From NCBI GenBank assembly GCA_051294905.1, contig CM119372.1, positions 33,730,001 to 33,790,000 on the forward strand: DNA of 60,000 bases, read 5' to 3'. Shown here in pieces: positions 26,546 to 40,952 of the stretch (the first letter of the stretch is position 1; each line of letters starts with the position of its first letter). Position numbers and translations under genes: made by a program. The stretch is from Botryllus schlosseri (lineage: Eukaryota). The notes under the pieces are model-generated. The model was given only the letters and a program-made list of their open reading frames with translations, was not told the DNA's origin and searched no databases.

Positions 26546-29136
26546 ATCTATGCTCCTCCTCGCCAACTCATCCGTACAATAGGTGTCTTATAAAAATCAC
26601 AGAAGTGGGCCGTGCTACACGTCGCCAGCTATGGAATAACAAACAAGAGATACGGTCTGGTGTAAATGACCATAGTAGTCGACAAACACCATAAATACAA
26701 CAAACAAACAGAGCAAGTAGTTTCATGACGATCTTTCTCAAGTTAACAAATTCGTATTCATTCAGTGACGCGTGAACGCACAACACAAATACAACGAAGA
26801 ACTAACATAAAGTCACTAAAATTTGAAAAAGTGAGCAATTATAGTGTGGGATCGCGGCAGGCTGTGCCAGCGTGCCGCATTATCACGTATGGCCGGAAAC
26901 TGTCAGCAGGCCGCTAAAATTCCCATTGCATGCCGTATGTTGCCCGCCTCTGGCCTACATGCTGCCCACATTGAAAAACCACCAAGTCTTTCGATACGGG
27001 CCATGCTCGGATGCAATGAAAATGCAGTAGTATTATTATATATAATCAATTATTTTAGGTATGAGATTTTGTTCGACTGAGTCCAAGTAGTCAAGCGATA
27101 ATTGATTGACAACTTGCTATTCAGATGTTTTTTCAGATAGCTGTTTGTAATTGATCAATGGTCAACTGATCATGCCTGTGACGACGATGCGAAAAGCGAA
27201 TGTTTTGGATGAAATCGAATCTTCGCGGTACGGTTTCGTCTGACATATAACATACTCTAGAAAATGTGCCAGGCATAATGTATATGTTGCGGGTGGGTAA
27301 GATTATATCACGTATATATTTTCGGTTTAATCAGCGGATATCCATATATGTATATAGTTACCAGTCCTGTTATTACAACCAACTTATCATTTCTATCATT
27401 ATCTAGACGAAATCGCTATTTTGTTGAGTTGCAAAGGATTCATTATACTCCCATCAGCGCTACATGATTCTTGAGTCCAGTATTTGCAAAAGGTCTGTTC
27501 ACTCAATGACCTAGGGAAGGGCTTGTGAATAACTTTTCCTCGCGCGACCAAATTTATTCTCCTACTATCATCCGTGACCCCTCAATGGTAATACGATGAA
27601 CAGTTCGGAATAAAGCATACCTCGCCGAAGCTATTAGTCGCTCCGAGAGTTTCCATAGTTTTCTGATATGGAAGGGTGACTCTAGCACATCTTATAATTG
27701 TTGTCCCTCCCAAATACGAAGATCATGAATATAGTCCATCTTATAAGTGACGTTTCGTTAACGTTACCATGTGTCAAAACGATTGTAAGTTGTATGGGAG
27801 CTGGTCCGCGATTGCAAAGGCGAGCGAACTAGAAGAATGATTGAAAACTGTTCCAACATATCTTCATCACATGTAAATACACTTTATAACTAAACTACAT
27901 TACTAAATTACATCGCATTGTTTCTACTGCAGTGGTTCTCAATCGTTGTGCCGATTAGACTGCTCAGGGGTGCCGCGATAAAATGTGGTGAATAATGTCG
28001 ACGTATAACAAAAATTAGGGAACGATATTGCATATTTTGATTCCTAAAATCCCAACTTATAGCAAGGCAAGCAAGCAAGTTTTTATAAGACATCGCTTAC
28101 GCAGATCACATTGCGAGGTGGATCCTCGGTACAACTACAACGCTCAGCATGGCCGGGATTGTAGAGCCGACATCGGTCAACCGCGAACCCGCAACCCATC
28201 TGTGCTGCAGTGATGCAAAGTACCACAGCGCTATACTCGCGACTCAGGGTAGTGGAAATGCTAGCGTGCCGCAATGTCAAAAGGGTTGAGAACAAAAGTT
28301 ATACTTTATGGTACTGTACACTGTGTGTGTCTTGACCGGCTGAAAATACATAATCCAACGATGATTAATATTTTGAATTTGTTAATGAATTCTAGGTCCA
28401 AACAACCTCGATAAAACCGCCCTCTTGAATAGATGTATATAACGAGACACTTCATCAGTTGATTCAGATTCAGTACCATAACTCAACTTCTAGTGCGGCA
28501 GCCATTCGTTTTTACCGGTATTGCCCTCTTCGATCATGTCATCTGAGTTACCACATTTGTCTGATTTTGCATTACACTGAAACGTTGTTACTACAATACA
28601 ATTTCACCGAGGCGCTATACTTTGTAGGTCAATTCATGCGCTGCCTTGGCTAAGGATTGGCAGTTTAATAATTATATCAAATAACGACTGGTCATGTATG
28701 ATCGTCCTGTTAAATATCAAATAGAGACGAAAGTTGGCTAATACATAATGCGTACCAAGATGTCACGGCCCGTAGGTTAGTCCTTAAGTAGGATTGTTAT
28801 CATTCAAGGAGTTGGCGAGTTCTGACGCGATTGTCGTGCTACATAGCGAGGACAGTGTGATGTGTGGTGAAATATATATTAAGTTAAAAATCATAAGACA
28901 TACAGAACGAAAACAGTTGACATCGATATGGGCGAAATAATATTGCACTTAAAACGAAATAATTGAGGGTGGAAACAGACAATAGAATTGATAATAAATA
29001 ACAGCGAATATACGAATGCTTTCACTATTCGGGCGGCATTCTGAGGTATGATAAACTAGCCTTCATCGCAACCAACGACACGAGATCATCGATCTTAGAA
29101 TTTCTTTTAACGGGCTACGTGATGACACTCAATCGC

Positions 29137-29217
29137 CTACATCTCTGGGTCGATACATATGCATGAATCTTCTTCTTCATCTTCGTCATCGTCATCATCA
29201 TCCTCACTGGCGTCGTT
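29137..29217 (-). CDS. LRR protein, terminal exon (acidic tail NDASEDDDDDDEDEEEDSCICIDPEM*)
   Basis: TTTTCAG acceptor, phase 0 matching the upstream donor, 27 codons ending in TAG. Confidence 0.7.
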   Translation of the reverse strand, partial: NDASEDDDDDDEDEEEDSCICIDPEM

Positions 29218-29893
29218 CTGAAAATATATATCTGTAAGTAAATGTTACGATCACCAAACCACTATGCCTGGAATGAAATACTGATAACGATGCTATCACA
29301 TTCGGTTCATGTAACTTAAATAATTCATTCGGAGGTATGACCGGAGAATTGTACAGTTCATAGGATTGGCCAAAGAAGTCAGCTTCTATACTCAAGTGGA
29401 AGTTGCAGTAACGCAGTAGAATTTTACTCAATAAAAGTGGAAAGTAGAAAGTAGAAATTTTGAAGGTACCGCTGCACTACTCAAATAGGAAGTAGAAATT
29501 AATCGAAAGTCTGAAAGCATTCAAGCACGTAATTCAATAATTTAGATTAGGTGAACGGGTCGCATATATGCGATTCCTTTCGAAACTGCAGGATGCATCA
29601 TCGCGACTAACGCGAATAAATTACGGCACCAGATATAGTCAGACTATCACCCAGTAACAATATGATTTGGGGATGAAAACATCGTGCAAATGCATTCAAA
29701 GGCGAAGATGACACTCCTGGTTAGCAAAGGCGTATGACAGCCGGCATACTGACAGACGAATTGACAGCCTTGATTTAATGCTCACGAACCGGGTTTAACA
29801 CACGGTTTTTTTCAATAACTTTCAAATCAGTCACGAAATAGACCGGCAGTATGATGTATCTATGTTTATGCGGATACCAACCATTTCTCTTAC

Positions 29894-30622
29894 TTCGGCT
29901 TGGCCCGTCTCTTCACAATCCATGTCTCCGTTCAGCGTGAACATCACGGTCTCGCCCCTATTGCATTGGTAAGAGTACGCGTCCTGTACTAAGTCCCCGT
30001 TTAGACCCATCCACTCAGCAAAAGGCTTGAGGCTACAGTCGCAATTAAACATATTATGAGAGAAATCTACAACGCGCAGCGAAAAGACACCGTCGAAAAC
30101 TTCAGGGTTTACAAAAGAGAGGTTGTTGTTTTCCATCTTCAAAGTATGCAACAGTGGAGCTATTTGCTCAAACGTTCGATCGATTTTATCGATGTGATTG
30201 TTTGAGATGCTCAGCACTTGCAAATTGGGAATTCGGACGTCCAAGAATTTATCGACGGAGTTATCGTCCAAGTCTATAAGTCGCAATAAAGGACTGTCTT
30301 GAAATGAACTGTAGTCTATTTGCGAAATTTCGTTCAGACTCAAGTCAATCTCCTCTAGACGCTCAGCTCCCTTCAACGAGCCTGCGGTTATGTTTCGAAA
30401 TTGGTTTCGCGACGCTTTTAAAACCTTGACTCTGTTTTCTTTCCAGTCGGGGAAACGCCGCAGTCTGTTGAAGGATACGTCGAGAGTTTGGAGATGTGGG
30501 AGTTTTACGGTCCCGAGATGGGTAAGCTCGTTTGCGTCCAGGCGCAGCTCAAGTAGGCTTTTTAAGTGGTGGAGTACTCGATAGTCTACGGCCCTCAGCA
30601 GGTTTTCTCCCAAATCCAAAAT
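29894..30622 (-). CDS. LRR protein exon: ~8 LRRs plus LRRCT cap
   Basis: LxxLxLxxN repeats and NMFNCDCSLKPFAEW cap; ATTCAG acceptor and GTAAGA donor; 243 codons. Confidence 0.92.
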
Positions 30623-30716
30623 CTGAATGTATAATGGTGTCATATAAAATCTACTGTTCCGGAAGTGCGCGAAGTCATCAGTTCTCGACCGCACTCCGGT
30701 AGTCGGTCGTCACAAG

Positions 30717-30912
30717 CAATGTTCCCTCTAAGCTGCGCACGTGCGCAAATGCGCAGTGTTGACACGATCTCTGAGCACAGAAAATCTAATTTGCGCACAA
30801 AAAATCTGAAGTGATGACCTTTTTTCTAGTCGTTATACGCACTGTTGTCCAAGGGTATGCGCAGTAAGTTGGTGAGCGTGCGCAGACTCGTCAAAAATTA
30901 GCGGGAACATTA
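30717..30912. mobile_element. hAT-type MITE
   Basis: CAATGTTCCC...GGGAACATTA, perfect TSD GTCACAAG. Confidence 0.85.
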
Positions 30913-31845
30913 GTCACAAGTTTATCTCACTCTTACAGTTTTGACTCGGTCAAGTCTATTCATTTTCAATTCACCACCAAGTCAAGTCCGAGTCCAAGTC
31001 AGTGGGTAGAGGGCCGGGTCCAAGGCATATTTTTGTGACTCGAGTTCGAGTCCACGACATTATGTTCACTGTTCAGTTTTGAGCTCAATTCGGTTCAACG
31101 CACATTTTTCAACTCTGCACGACTGATATAGAATGCCTCGCATTCATAATATCGTAATATTCCTCAGTCCTAACAGTTTCTGGCCATATATTTTACAAGT
31201 TTTACGTGCTCAGGACTTATAGACGAAATACTTATAATGTGGTGACTTTACTATTCGAAGTTACAATGAAATGTCTTGGCCGTAGTAGTCTCGAGTCATA
31301 TGACTTGGTTATAGTCATGCACAATATCTCGAGTATAAGTCGAGTCAATACACAAATTGACTTTAGCGGAGTAGGGATTTAATACTGAAATGAATGCAAT
31401 ATTTGAAGGCAATGGGGACAATTATTATCACCTCTGCCACTACGCTACTCACAAGCATGTTTACAGATGTATGCATCACGAATATATACAATTAACTAGG
31501 ATTACCATGCGTACTCTTTCAAGAGGATTTGTCCTCCTTTTTGACTTTTTGAAAGTGTCCTCAAAGGACGCACAAATGTCCTCTATTTTGAGATTTAGTC
31601 CTCTTTTTTGAGAACTTTTAATAAATATAGGTCAAAATTCGATTGAGATACAGTAAATCAGCACTGATGTAACGCTCCGGCGGCTATTGCGGGAGCTGAG
31701 CCGGAAATATGACTTTTTTATATTCTTGGTCAACCAACTGATAACGCGAAAGAAAAACTGTATTTTGGGAGCTGAGCAAGAAAGTTAATATGGTATATAT
31801 GGTAACCGTACAATTAACACTACATCGTACAAAGAACGCGCTTAC

Positions 31846-32421
31846 CTCTATTTTATCGAAGCCCCTGAAGGCCTCTTCGTGAATATACGCGATTCGGTTA
31901 GACCGGAGGTTCAAAACCCGCAAGTTAATCAATCCGCCCTCGGACATCGTCTTTTCGGCGGCACATTTCTTAAGCTTTTCAAGTTTCCCCATACTCCGTA
32001 ACCCAGACTTTCCGTCACTGCCTGATTTATGGGACGATCCGTTTTGAGATGCAGGCTCGCAGTTCGGGTCCAGGTGCGTTTTCAGCGAGAAATAATTTTT
32101 CTTGACGGCTCCCAGTCTGTTGTCGGACAAATCTAGAATCTGCAGAGCTACCATTGTTCCGAAACCATGATCCTGAACGTCTTCGATTTCGTTGTGGCTG
32201 AAGTTAGCATCGGTGGCGTATTCCAATCGCTTTGTCATGTTTCGAGTGATGCGCTTTAATTTAGTGCCGGTCACATCTACGGCGCGTAACGTTGCGGGAA
32301 GAGTCGGTGCGGATTGGAACGGGTTGCGGGACAATTTCAAATGTGCGACGCTGGAGAGATCGCAAAACGCGTCCGCGCTGATGTTGGCCACTTTCGAGTG
32401 GGTGATGTCGAGGTGTTTGAG
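31846..32421 (-). CDS. LRR protein exon
   Basis: LKHLDITHSKVANISADAF...LRVLNLRSNRIAYIHEEAFRGFDKIE; TTCGCAG acceptor and GTAAGC donor; 192 codons; joins the next exon as FDKIE|ILDLGEN. Confidence 0.92.
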
Positions 32422-33811
32422 CTGCGAATGGAATTGAGAACAACTTCACATTATAAGTCTACAGATTAAAAAGAACAGAGGCGGTCACAGTAGTATGCGT
32501 AGTCACTGAGGTAAAAGGAGGGCCTGTGACCGAGCTAGCACAGCATTTTATACTACATTAGGCCTCGAAAAGCAATAAACCTTCGAAATAGAGGTTACGG
32601 TGTAAATTTTAGGCAATTATGAGTAGAAGTAACTATTCCCAAGGCATGTCTAAACTATTTCATGAAAATCAGTTTGATGAGATAGTTAGATATCGGTCAA
32701 TCCGCAACTACATCTGCTTCCGCTAGAGGTGGTCTAAAGCAGTTATTGGTGTATTTCAAGCGCAAGTAGATGCGAAGACGAAAAATACTACTCTCAATTA
32801 CAGGAAGAAAGAGCTCTTTACAAAGCATGTTACTTAAATTTGAGTGTAAAACCAGGGTTTTATATATCACTGGTAAAACGAAAGGTCTGAGGAGCCTGGA
32901 TTGTCTATTCACACTATGACAGATATCGTTAATTTGGGGTAGAACGTTCATTGCTAAACTTTCGATAGTAGATTATTACGTGACAGCAGCTTATGCCTAA
33001 CTATACGGAATCGGGTATTTCCAGTAATCTTATATGAATTAGAAGAAAAGGTACTTCGTTCTAAGTCTGAGCGTGGAGTTGACCCGGCATATCACTGCAC
33101 AAACTCCGAGATTTGCATCAGCTTTTGGGTTCTCGGGCGGCAGCCAGCGGGAATGAAACAACAGTCCTCTGGTTCGCGAGACTCGAGGGCTACTGCGGCT
33201 TTCTGGTGTGATACAAGAGTGTAGAAATCACCAATAGCCATTTCAGACCCTAAACTACTGGGTATGTTTCATCAAGTGGAGATGACTGAGGATTACCTGA
33301 GAATTACATACACAGAACATCTGTGATTAAATGACGTACTTTGGCTATTATTTAAATCCAGAGCAATCTGATTCTCAAGCGAATGCGGAACATATTTCGT
33401 CATATCATAATTCCTCAAAATACATGGTAGAATTTATATCAGAATTCTACCAAGTACATCTACGGAGAGATATTTGACGCTGCTCATGTTTACGTATCGT
33501 AGTGCACGAAAATGAAAAGTCAGTCACGGGGTAACTCCGCAAATCATTTAGGTAGAAATCCGTCTCTATCTCATTATCTACTTGCCGAAAAGATCGTAAT
33601 TAATATCCGCCGCAGAATTATGGCGGCGACGCACTACCTACGTCCGCTCGTATATAATAGCACGTTAATTCGATTAGTGTCAAACGGCAATTTACTTACT
33701 GAAAGGGTGAAAGCTCCCCATGAACTGAGTAAACCCACTAAAATCCTATATCGTTGAAGACTTCTATAAATAAGAATTCGCTACCTCAAATCACAACAGA
33801 TCAGGATACAT

Positions 33812-34278
33812 CAGGGTTGTAATGACTCGAGTCGCATTTTTTGTTGACTTGACTTGACTCGAGTCGTTTTATTAAAAAGTAACGCCACTCGACTCGACTC
33901 GACTCGAGTCAATCTGTGTACCGACTCGATTTGTGCCCAAGTCATTGCGCATGACTCGAGTCAGTCATATAACTCGACACAATTTAATATCACTTATTTA
34001 AGTCTCGTATATCAGGATCGATAATTGAAAAATATACCCAAAACATTTCTTTCATCTAACCTGCTTAGAGAGAAAAAATGCGTACATTATGAATCTGAGG
34101 CCCTCGATATCACCTAAGAGTTTTACGAAAGTTAGTTGAACCTTATTTGAACTCGACCCGTTCCTGCCTGAGTTGATCCCGGTGGTTAATTGAAAATAAC
34201 TCGACTTAAATCGAGTCAAAACTATAAAGGTCAAATTGACTTATGACTCGGTACCATTCGACTTGGTTACAATCGTGT
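33812..34278. mobile_element. MITE with GACTCGAGTC repeats
   Basis: CAGGGTTGTAA...TTACAATCGTG imperfect TIRs; clustered GACTCGAGTC motifs, also seen at ~30940-31350. Confidence 0.55.
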
Positions 34279-34424
34279 ACTCCAATATTCACGCCCGAAT
34301 AATATTCACCATTACTTAAATTGTCTCTTTAGTTATATACATCTTTATATACATATCTTTTGTTGTAATGTATCAGTATCACTTCAATATCCCAGTGTCT
34401 TCAATAGGCGTGTGCTTGTGCAGT

Positions 34425-35035
34425 AGGGCTGTTCAAAACAACTTTTCTAAAGATTTCACTGCCTATGTGATACAACTGTTGGGTTGGTTGAAACAACGCT
34501 GTACACCAAATTTTGCTCAATTCCAACCAGTCGAAGCGAGATTCTTGCAGCAGAAAGCTTTGAATTTATCATTGAAAAATGAAAATAAAAAATTTGCAAA
34601 TTTTTTTTTGTCAACCATATAAAATTGTTAGGCTGTCAGTAAAGATAATGCATAGCACATTTGGCTCAATTCCAACCACTAGGAGCGAAGTTATTGGAGT
34701 AGAAAAATTCAAATTCCACGATTTTATATTAAATAATTAAAGAGTTAGCCACCGTAAATACCATTAATTTCAAATCCCAACTTTTTCTACTGCAATAAGT
34801 CAATTGAGGCAAATCTGGTGTGCATCTTCTTTACTGACAGCCTAACAATTTTACGGGATTACCGAAAAATTTTTATTTTTTAATGATAAATTCGAAACTT
34901 TCTACTGCAAAAAATCACTTCTACTGTTTGGAATTGAGTCAAATTTGGTCTGCAGCGTTGTTTTCACGAACCTAACAATTTTATCACATAGCCAATGGAT
35001 GAAATCTGAAGAAAACAGTTTTTTTAAACAGCCCA
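34425..35035. mobile_element. Long-TIR fold-back MITE
   Basis: GGGCTGTT...AACAGCCC ends; internal inverted copies such as ACAACGCTG..CCAAATTT.GCTCAATTCCAA / TTGGAATTGAG.CAAATTTGG..CAGCGTTGT. Confidence 0.65.
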
Positions 35036-38000
35036 AATGTGCAGTTTGCAGGGTGCACCCATCATCCTATATCCGTATATCGCTAGAAAATACAAAGCTC
35101 ATCATGAATGGGTTACAACTACGTTTTTCGGAGTACTCAAGTAGGTTTTGTCCATGTTTGTACTCTTTACTTCGGATATTGTAATCGCGCTTAGCGTAAA
35201 GAGCGTGTATTTCCAACCGTGTACCACCCCTGATATACGAGTGTGGATATACAGTAGACCCATGGCACACGAAACCAGATGCTACCACAGACTTACACCG
35301 CAGTTCAAACCGAGTACAACATTTTAATCCAAATTACGCATGCAGCACATTGGAACGTGTGAAGGTATGAACGAGGGCTCGTAGGATTTATGACCCCGAT
35401 ATCATTCTGAGTTAAGTTCTGTTTTCGTGTACCATCCTTTTCGGCCCTTTGGGTGTAAATCAGGGGTCGCCAGCTCAAGACGGGTAGCGGGCCACTTTTC
35501 AAATTTCGTGGAGGACGCGGGCCGCATGAATTCAATATCGAGAATAATTTGGCCAAACAGTTGAACAACGACGCTATCTCGTCACCTACTCAACCTTAAT
35601 AAAATTGATATCTTGGTAAATTTGGGGTACCGGGCTTATCGAACGCCTTGAAATCTTAATTCGGGATTGCACCGTGTGTGCATTGATCAGCTGTGAGTAG
35701 ATACGAGTGTGAGTAGCTATTCTCAAATCCACATTGCCTTCGTAATTATCGGCGAGAAATGGCTTTGAAGTGACATTGCTGTCGTCAAAATACATCCATT
35801 AAATACGATTTATTCCTTGTATACGTGGATAAATGAGCGAAAATGTATCAATGCAGCAATCCGGCCCGCCAAGTAGTTAATTTTCCCATATCCGGCCCGC
35901 CGACTGGAGAAGTTTCCCGCCCCTGGGTTACGTCATTCTTTCCATTTAACTAAAGGCAATGTTCGGCAAAATTTATTTTATACTGGCTTGCCGAACGCGA
36001 AATTTGGTATCAATCGAAAGCTACCGCGGTACTGATTACGATAATACAAACTATTTATTCTGTTCGTGATCCTGGAATCCCCCAATACGCAATGAATATT
36101 GCATTGTAACCTAGTTTGGCATTATGACGCAACAATCCCGTCTGGAACAACGTGTCGCAGCTCAGCAGCAAGGGATGGTAAGCGCAAAATGCAAGCGTAT
36201 TGGCAATTGTTGCGCAAGTGATTTCACATTGACACTCTCACTGCTGCGCTATAGAATGTAAACGTTTACATTCTATAGCTGCGCACTTGATCCTTAGCTG
36301 CGGCATCCTGTTCCAGACGACATTGTTGCGTCATAATGCAAAGTATCACATGATGTCACGTTAACGTTCGTCTGACACTAGTTCTGTCTGCATAGCTTCC
36401 CAACGGTCGCTGTAAAGCGGCAAAGGTTGCCGTTGCTCCAGATATATTGAAATCGCTTACACGTAGGCTACCATACGAAACTAAAAGAATATTTCCTTTC
36501 GTGAGACGAACACGATTTCAAATTGGCATTTCCATACGGTTATCATTATTTTCCTCGGGGGTCTCATTTCATACGTGCGGCTCAAGCTGCTGGCGCTGGA
36601 CTATTCGGCGCTGGACATTTTGCCGACTAGACAGCGTCGGACGTTTCGGCCAACATGCGGCGGTTATTTTATTTCGAGGTTTTATCGTCGCCAATCATTT
36701 CGGCAGCGCACCTATCGCATGAAGTCGTATGTTGCCCGAAACAATATGTCTAGGTCGTGTATCCTAGTGAAAGATGCCCATTGCCGAGATGTCGGCTCAA
36801 GGAGTAGTCGCGTTTCCGCAGGCTGCACATGCACAGTGGACACTCCTAGACTAAAGCAGCTAAATGGTTTCATACGATCAGGGCCGTAACAGCACTTTGT
36901 CAGCCCCCCTAAAAAAACGTTGGTCTTGGGCCCCCCATAGGGTGGTAAACCGAACTTCTGGGGGCTTCGCCCCCCCCCAGACCCCACCTCCGACCATCCA
37001 CTGTTTATATACTGTACATTGGCTATGCCTTGTTTCTTCATTCAGTGTCCGTTTAGTGAATCTGCTTTGCTTGCCTAATCGCGCGAGGCGCCAGAAATTT
37101 GCATAAGTCATGACTGAATCGGTCAATATGACGCTGTTTATACATTGGGTGTCCGTTTAGGGAGTCAGCTTTGCTTGCTTAATCGCGCGAGGCGCGAGAA
37201 ATTTCTATAATTCATGACTGAATCGGTCAATATGATCGGTATTTGCATGTATATTGCTATCAATTTTTATCCTCTCTCTGCTCCCGTATTCTGATTTACC
37301 GGTAGAGCTGAGTAAGGTGTGCTTGAAAAGGTATATGACCCCTCAATAATAATTGAAAATCTCCGGGTGTCCTACCCGTTGGCAGGAACGAAACAGCACT
37401 TCGCCAGGCCCCCCAAAAACTTGAGTCTTGGGCTCCCATAGGGTGGTAAACCGACCCCCCCTCCAATCACGTTGGTCCGCTTTTGCCACGAAATTACAGT
37501 TGTATTGTTCAGTTAGCTAGCGCTAAGCGCGACATTTTTTGATAATTCATGATAAAATCGGCCAATAAGATCGGGAATTGCATATATATTGCTATCAATC
37601 TCTTGTCCTCTCTACTCACGTAATCGGATTTACCGGTAGAGCTGAGTGATGTGTCTTTGAAACTGTAGCCCGCAAATAATAATTAAACATCTTCTGACGG
37701 GCGGACTCGTTGGTATGACTTCGTTACATGATGTTATTTCGTGACCTCCTGTCTGCTATAACAAAAAACATTCAGCGCTAGTCACTTAGGCGCCTATGGA
37801 CAAATAAACCTATATGTATTTCGTATATACAAACGATATTTTCGGTCACCATAAGGGCAGTCCTTTTCGGGCAAGGTTTCTCGCTGCCGATCGTTCTGGC
37901 ACACTTCTTGGACTCGCGCGTTACGTGGCCTAAAACTGTATATGTCTTGGTGCGTCGTGGAGCGGTAATGGCCAGCGCCGATATGACCAGTTCTATAATT

Positions 38001-40014
38001 CTTGCGTCTTTTTCCTTGGGGGAAGAGTAGCCTACCCAATAATCATAACAGTAGTTATATAGATCGCTGGTGACCTGGCAGGGGTTCTTATGGGTGCGGC
38101 GGTGAGGTGCCTGAAAACTCGTGGTGGTGATGGCACCCTTTTACACCCCCTCTCGGCGGTGAGGTGCCATGTGCTCTTATGGATGCGGTGATGATGGCAC
38201 CCTTTCGGGTATAGGCTGCGGCGGTGATGTGCCTGAAAACTCGTGGTCGTGACTCGCCTTTTTTGCTATGGGCTGCGGCGGTGATGCGCCATGTATTCTT
38301 ACGCGATATGTGGTGACTCGCCATGTGTTCTTATGGGTGCGGTTGTGATGCGCACTTTCAACCATCTCTCGCGTGGTGTTGAATAGTCACCAACAATAAC
38401 CGCACAAACGGAAACGTGGCTTGCAAGAGGATTAAGCAGTGCGACCTATATTTCGAATGACCTGCGCGCTAAATTGTTTCACAGCCAACCGCGGTGGTCG
38501 TGACTCGCCTTTTTTACTATAGGTGGTGACGGTGATTCGCCTGTCGTGTATTCTTACCAGACATGGGGTAATCGCGATTAGTAATCGTAATCGATTACGA
38601 CGATTACAGTATTTTGAAGTAATCGTAATCGCAATCGATTACATTCGAAAAAAATCCGAAGTAATCGTAATCGTAATCGACTACTTCCCATATCTAATCG
38701 ATTTTTTTGTGAAAGAACAAGAATGAGATAATATACCACGTTAGCGATAGCATAAACGTCTGTTTTCAAACGCCACTGACTCATTATTACGTCAAAAGTA
38801 TTAGCTCCGCTCGTGATTGCGTAACAAGTATCCACACTTAGTAAACAGACATGCGATGGACATTGTAGTGTGATTGTAAGAACACCTCTCGTGGTGCATA
38901 TCAGGTTATCAATACACTACAGAAGCCGCTACCTCGCAGCAAGATATTGATCACCACTCTGCCTATAGATTCAAATAGTAACTTATGTATTAATGTTTGG
39001 TTGTGCTTAGTTAAACGCAGTTTACCATTGCTGCTTGGCGAGCAGCAGGCCTACGTACGCACGACGCACGTGCACCTGACGAAGATTCGGAATTTTGTAC
39101 TCGTCGAATAAGACATTGCAGTTTCCACAACGAAGCATTACAAATAAACAGCTGCTGATATATATCATAACCGAGCCGTGCTTAGCCGTTTCTCGTAACA
39201 GCAGCTCACTGTATATGTATTAAGTTGAAGGCAGAACTTTTATGTTAACTATATCTTATTCTCATATAACTACTTGAAACGGGCGTCAATCGTTATTTCA
39301 CAGTTCGTTACTTAGCATTTGGACCAGCCGCCATAACCATCCGCTTATATAGCCTGACATGTTAGCGTGGGTTGTAGCTAGAATCAGCAATTCAGCCAAA
39401 ACAGCAATTCCCCTGTCCAACCGTTCGTCAATTTTCAAAACTGAATTTCGTCAATAATATTGGTAATTGCATTATATTACTATTCATTTATAACCTCTCT
39501 GAGCCCCGAGTGTCAGATTTACCTGCAAAGCTGGGGCACGTAATTCATATTCATAGCATCTGGTATGTTGTTATAATTACTGTATGTTGTTAATTCGCGA
39601 CCTCCAGTCCGTTGTATAATCACAAGATATTGTACTCGCCCAAACGTAGCAGACTAAAAGAATATCTTTTGTGAGACGCACACACAAACTGTCATGGCTT
39701 TATTCCTTTGTGGATGCGCCGGGTGACATTTGCATTGTGGGCTCAGATTGGAAGGACAGGACTTATTAATCACGCCCACTCAGCGCGGCTATTGACAATG
39801 GACGAATTCCCTAAGTTTCGGCCAAGGTATTTCTTTGGTATCACATCCCGTGGAGTTGCGTGTTGGCCGAAACTGCATATGTCTTTTGGTGTGTTGTGGG
39901 ATCGTGACGCGGTAATGACCGGCTCCGAAATGCCTGTTCCCGTAAAATATAGCCTATGTATGTTTTTTCTTGAGGGGAAGAGGTATGCATTTCAAACCCA
40001 GCTATCTACTGGAT

Positions 40015-40952
40015 CAGGGGTCACCAACTGTTTCGAAACAAAAAGCTACTTCTTGTGTAGTGTGTACTGATTATTGCGACGACCGACGGGTTACCACGTA
40101 CTGCCGTCGTTTATCCATGTTCAGTTGGATTTCTTCACTTAGAGTAAGACAATCGGAGCACTGGGCCGGGTTTCCGCCCCTTACCAAGAAAAAAGAACGC
40201 TCACTCGCAGGGACTCACACCAGCTCCTCCAAGCTCAGTTGCGTTGCTGCAGTGCGTGCAGAAGCGCCAATCTCCGCGTCTAGACTCGGGAATATTAACT
40301 ATAGATTCCCGTCGAGCCGCCGCGTGGGCGAAGGCAAGCAATGCCCCGAGCGACTGCGTTCGTATGTTCCTTGGCGTCGGCCGACCCATGTTCAACTGCT
40401 GCTCATACGAAACGAGCTTCAACTTTCAAATCTCTCATTTGGATATTTGCTACAGCGCAGTTGTGGCCATACGAACGGGTAGGGGGGGGGGGCTGGGCGA
40501 GACTTACCGGGGGCCCCCTATAAGTATCTATCCGTAACTTATGGGGGGCTTCGCTCCCAGACCCCTCTTTCGCATCTGTTATTATTATCTATCTATCAAG
40601 GTTTGGCCAGGTGCTGGATTCGGCCAGGTCTATTTTTGCATGTGTGCAAGGATAGACTACATCAAAACTAAGTTAATCTACCGCATGCAGAGACGTGATG
40701 ATTATCGGGATACGGGACTTTTCTAACAAATGCAGAGATTTGATGATGATTGACACATCTGTACGGAATCCTATTCTTGATTTACACGGATTTCCATGTT
40801 TATTCGTTATTATCCTTGAAAAAAGCGCATAATCTAAATAGGGGAGCCCTTCGACCAGCCCCCCCTGGCGACCGCCCACCTCGCCCACCCCAAAAGCCAC
40901 CACTACTACAGCGACCGCGGGCGACTCATTTGGTCCGCGTTGATGACCCCTG
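40015..40952. mobile_element. hAT-type MITE carrying rRNA-derived cargo
   Basis: CAGGGGTCACCAAC...GTTGATGACCCCTG, degenerate TSD TACTGGAT/TACTAGAG. Confidence 0.7.
40100..40453 (-). pseudogene. Degenerate 28S rRNA fragments
   Basis: Colinear resemblance to conserved antisense 28S motifs: ATTTCTTCACTT..GAGCACTGGGC; AAGAAAA.AGAAC; GACCCATGTTCAACTGCTG; TTTG.ATATTTGCTAC. Confidence 0.8.

Noticed and set aside
40100..40453. Functional rRNA locus
   Set aside because: Short, degenerate, rearranged and embedded in a MITE.
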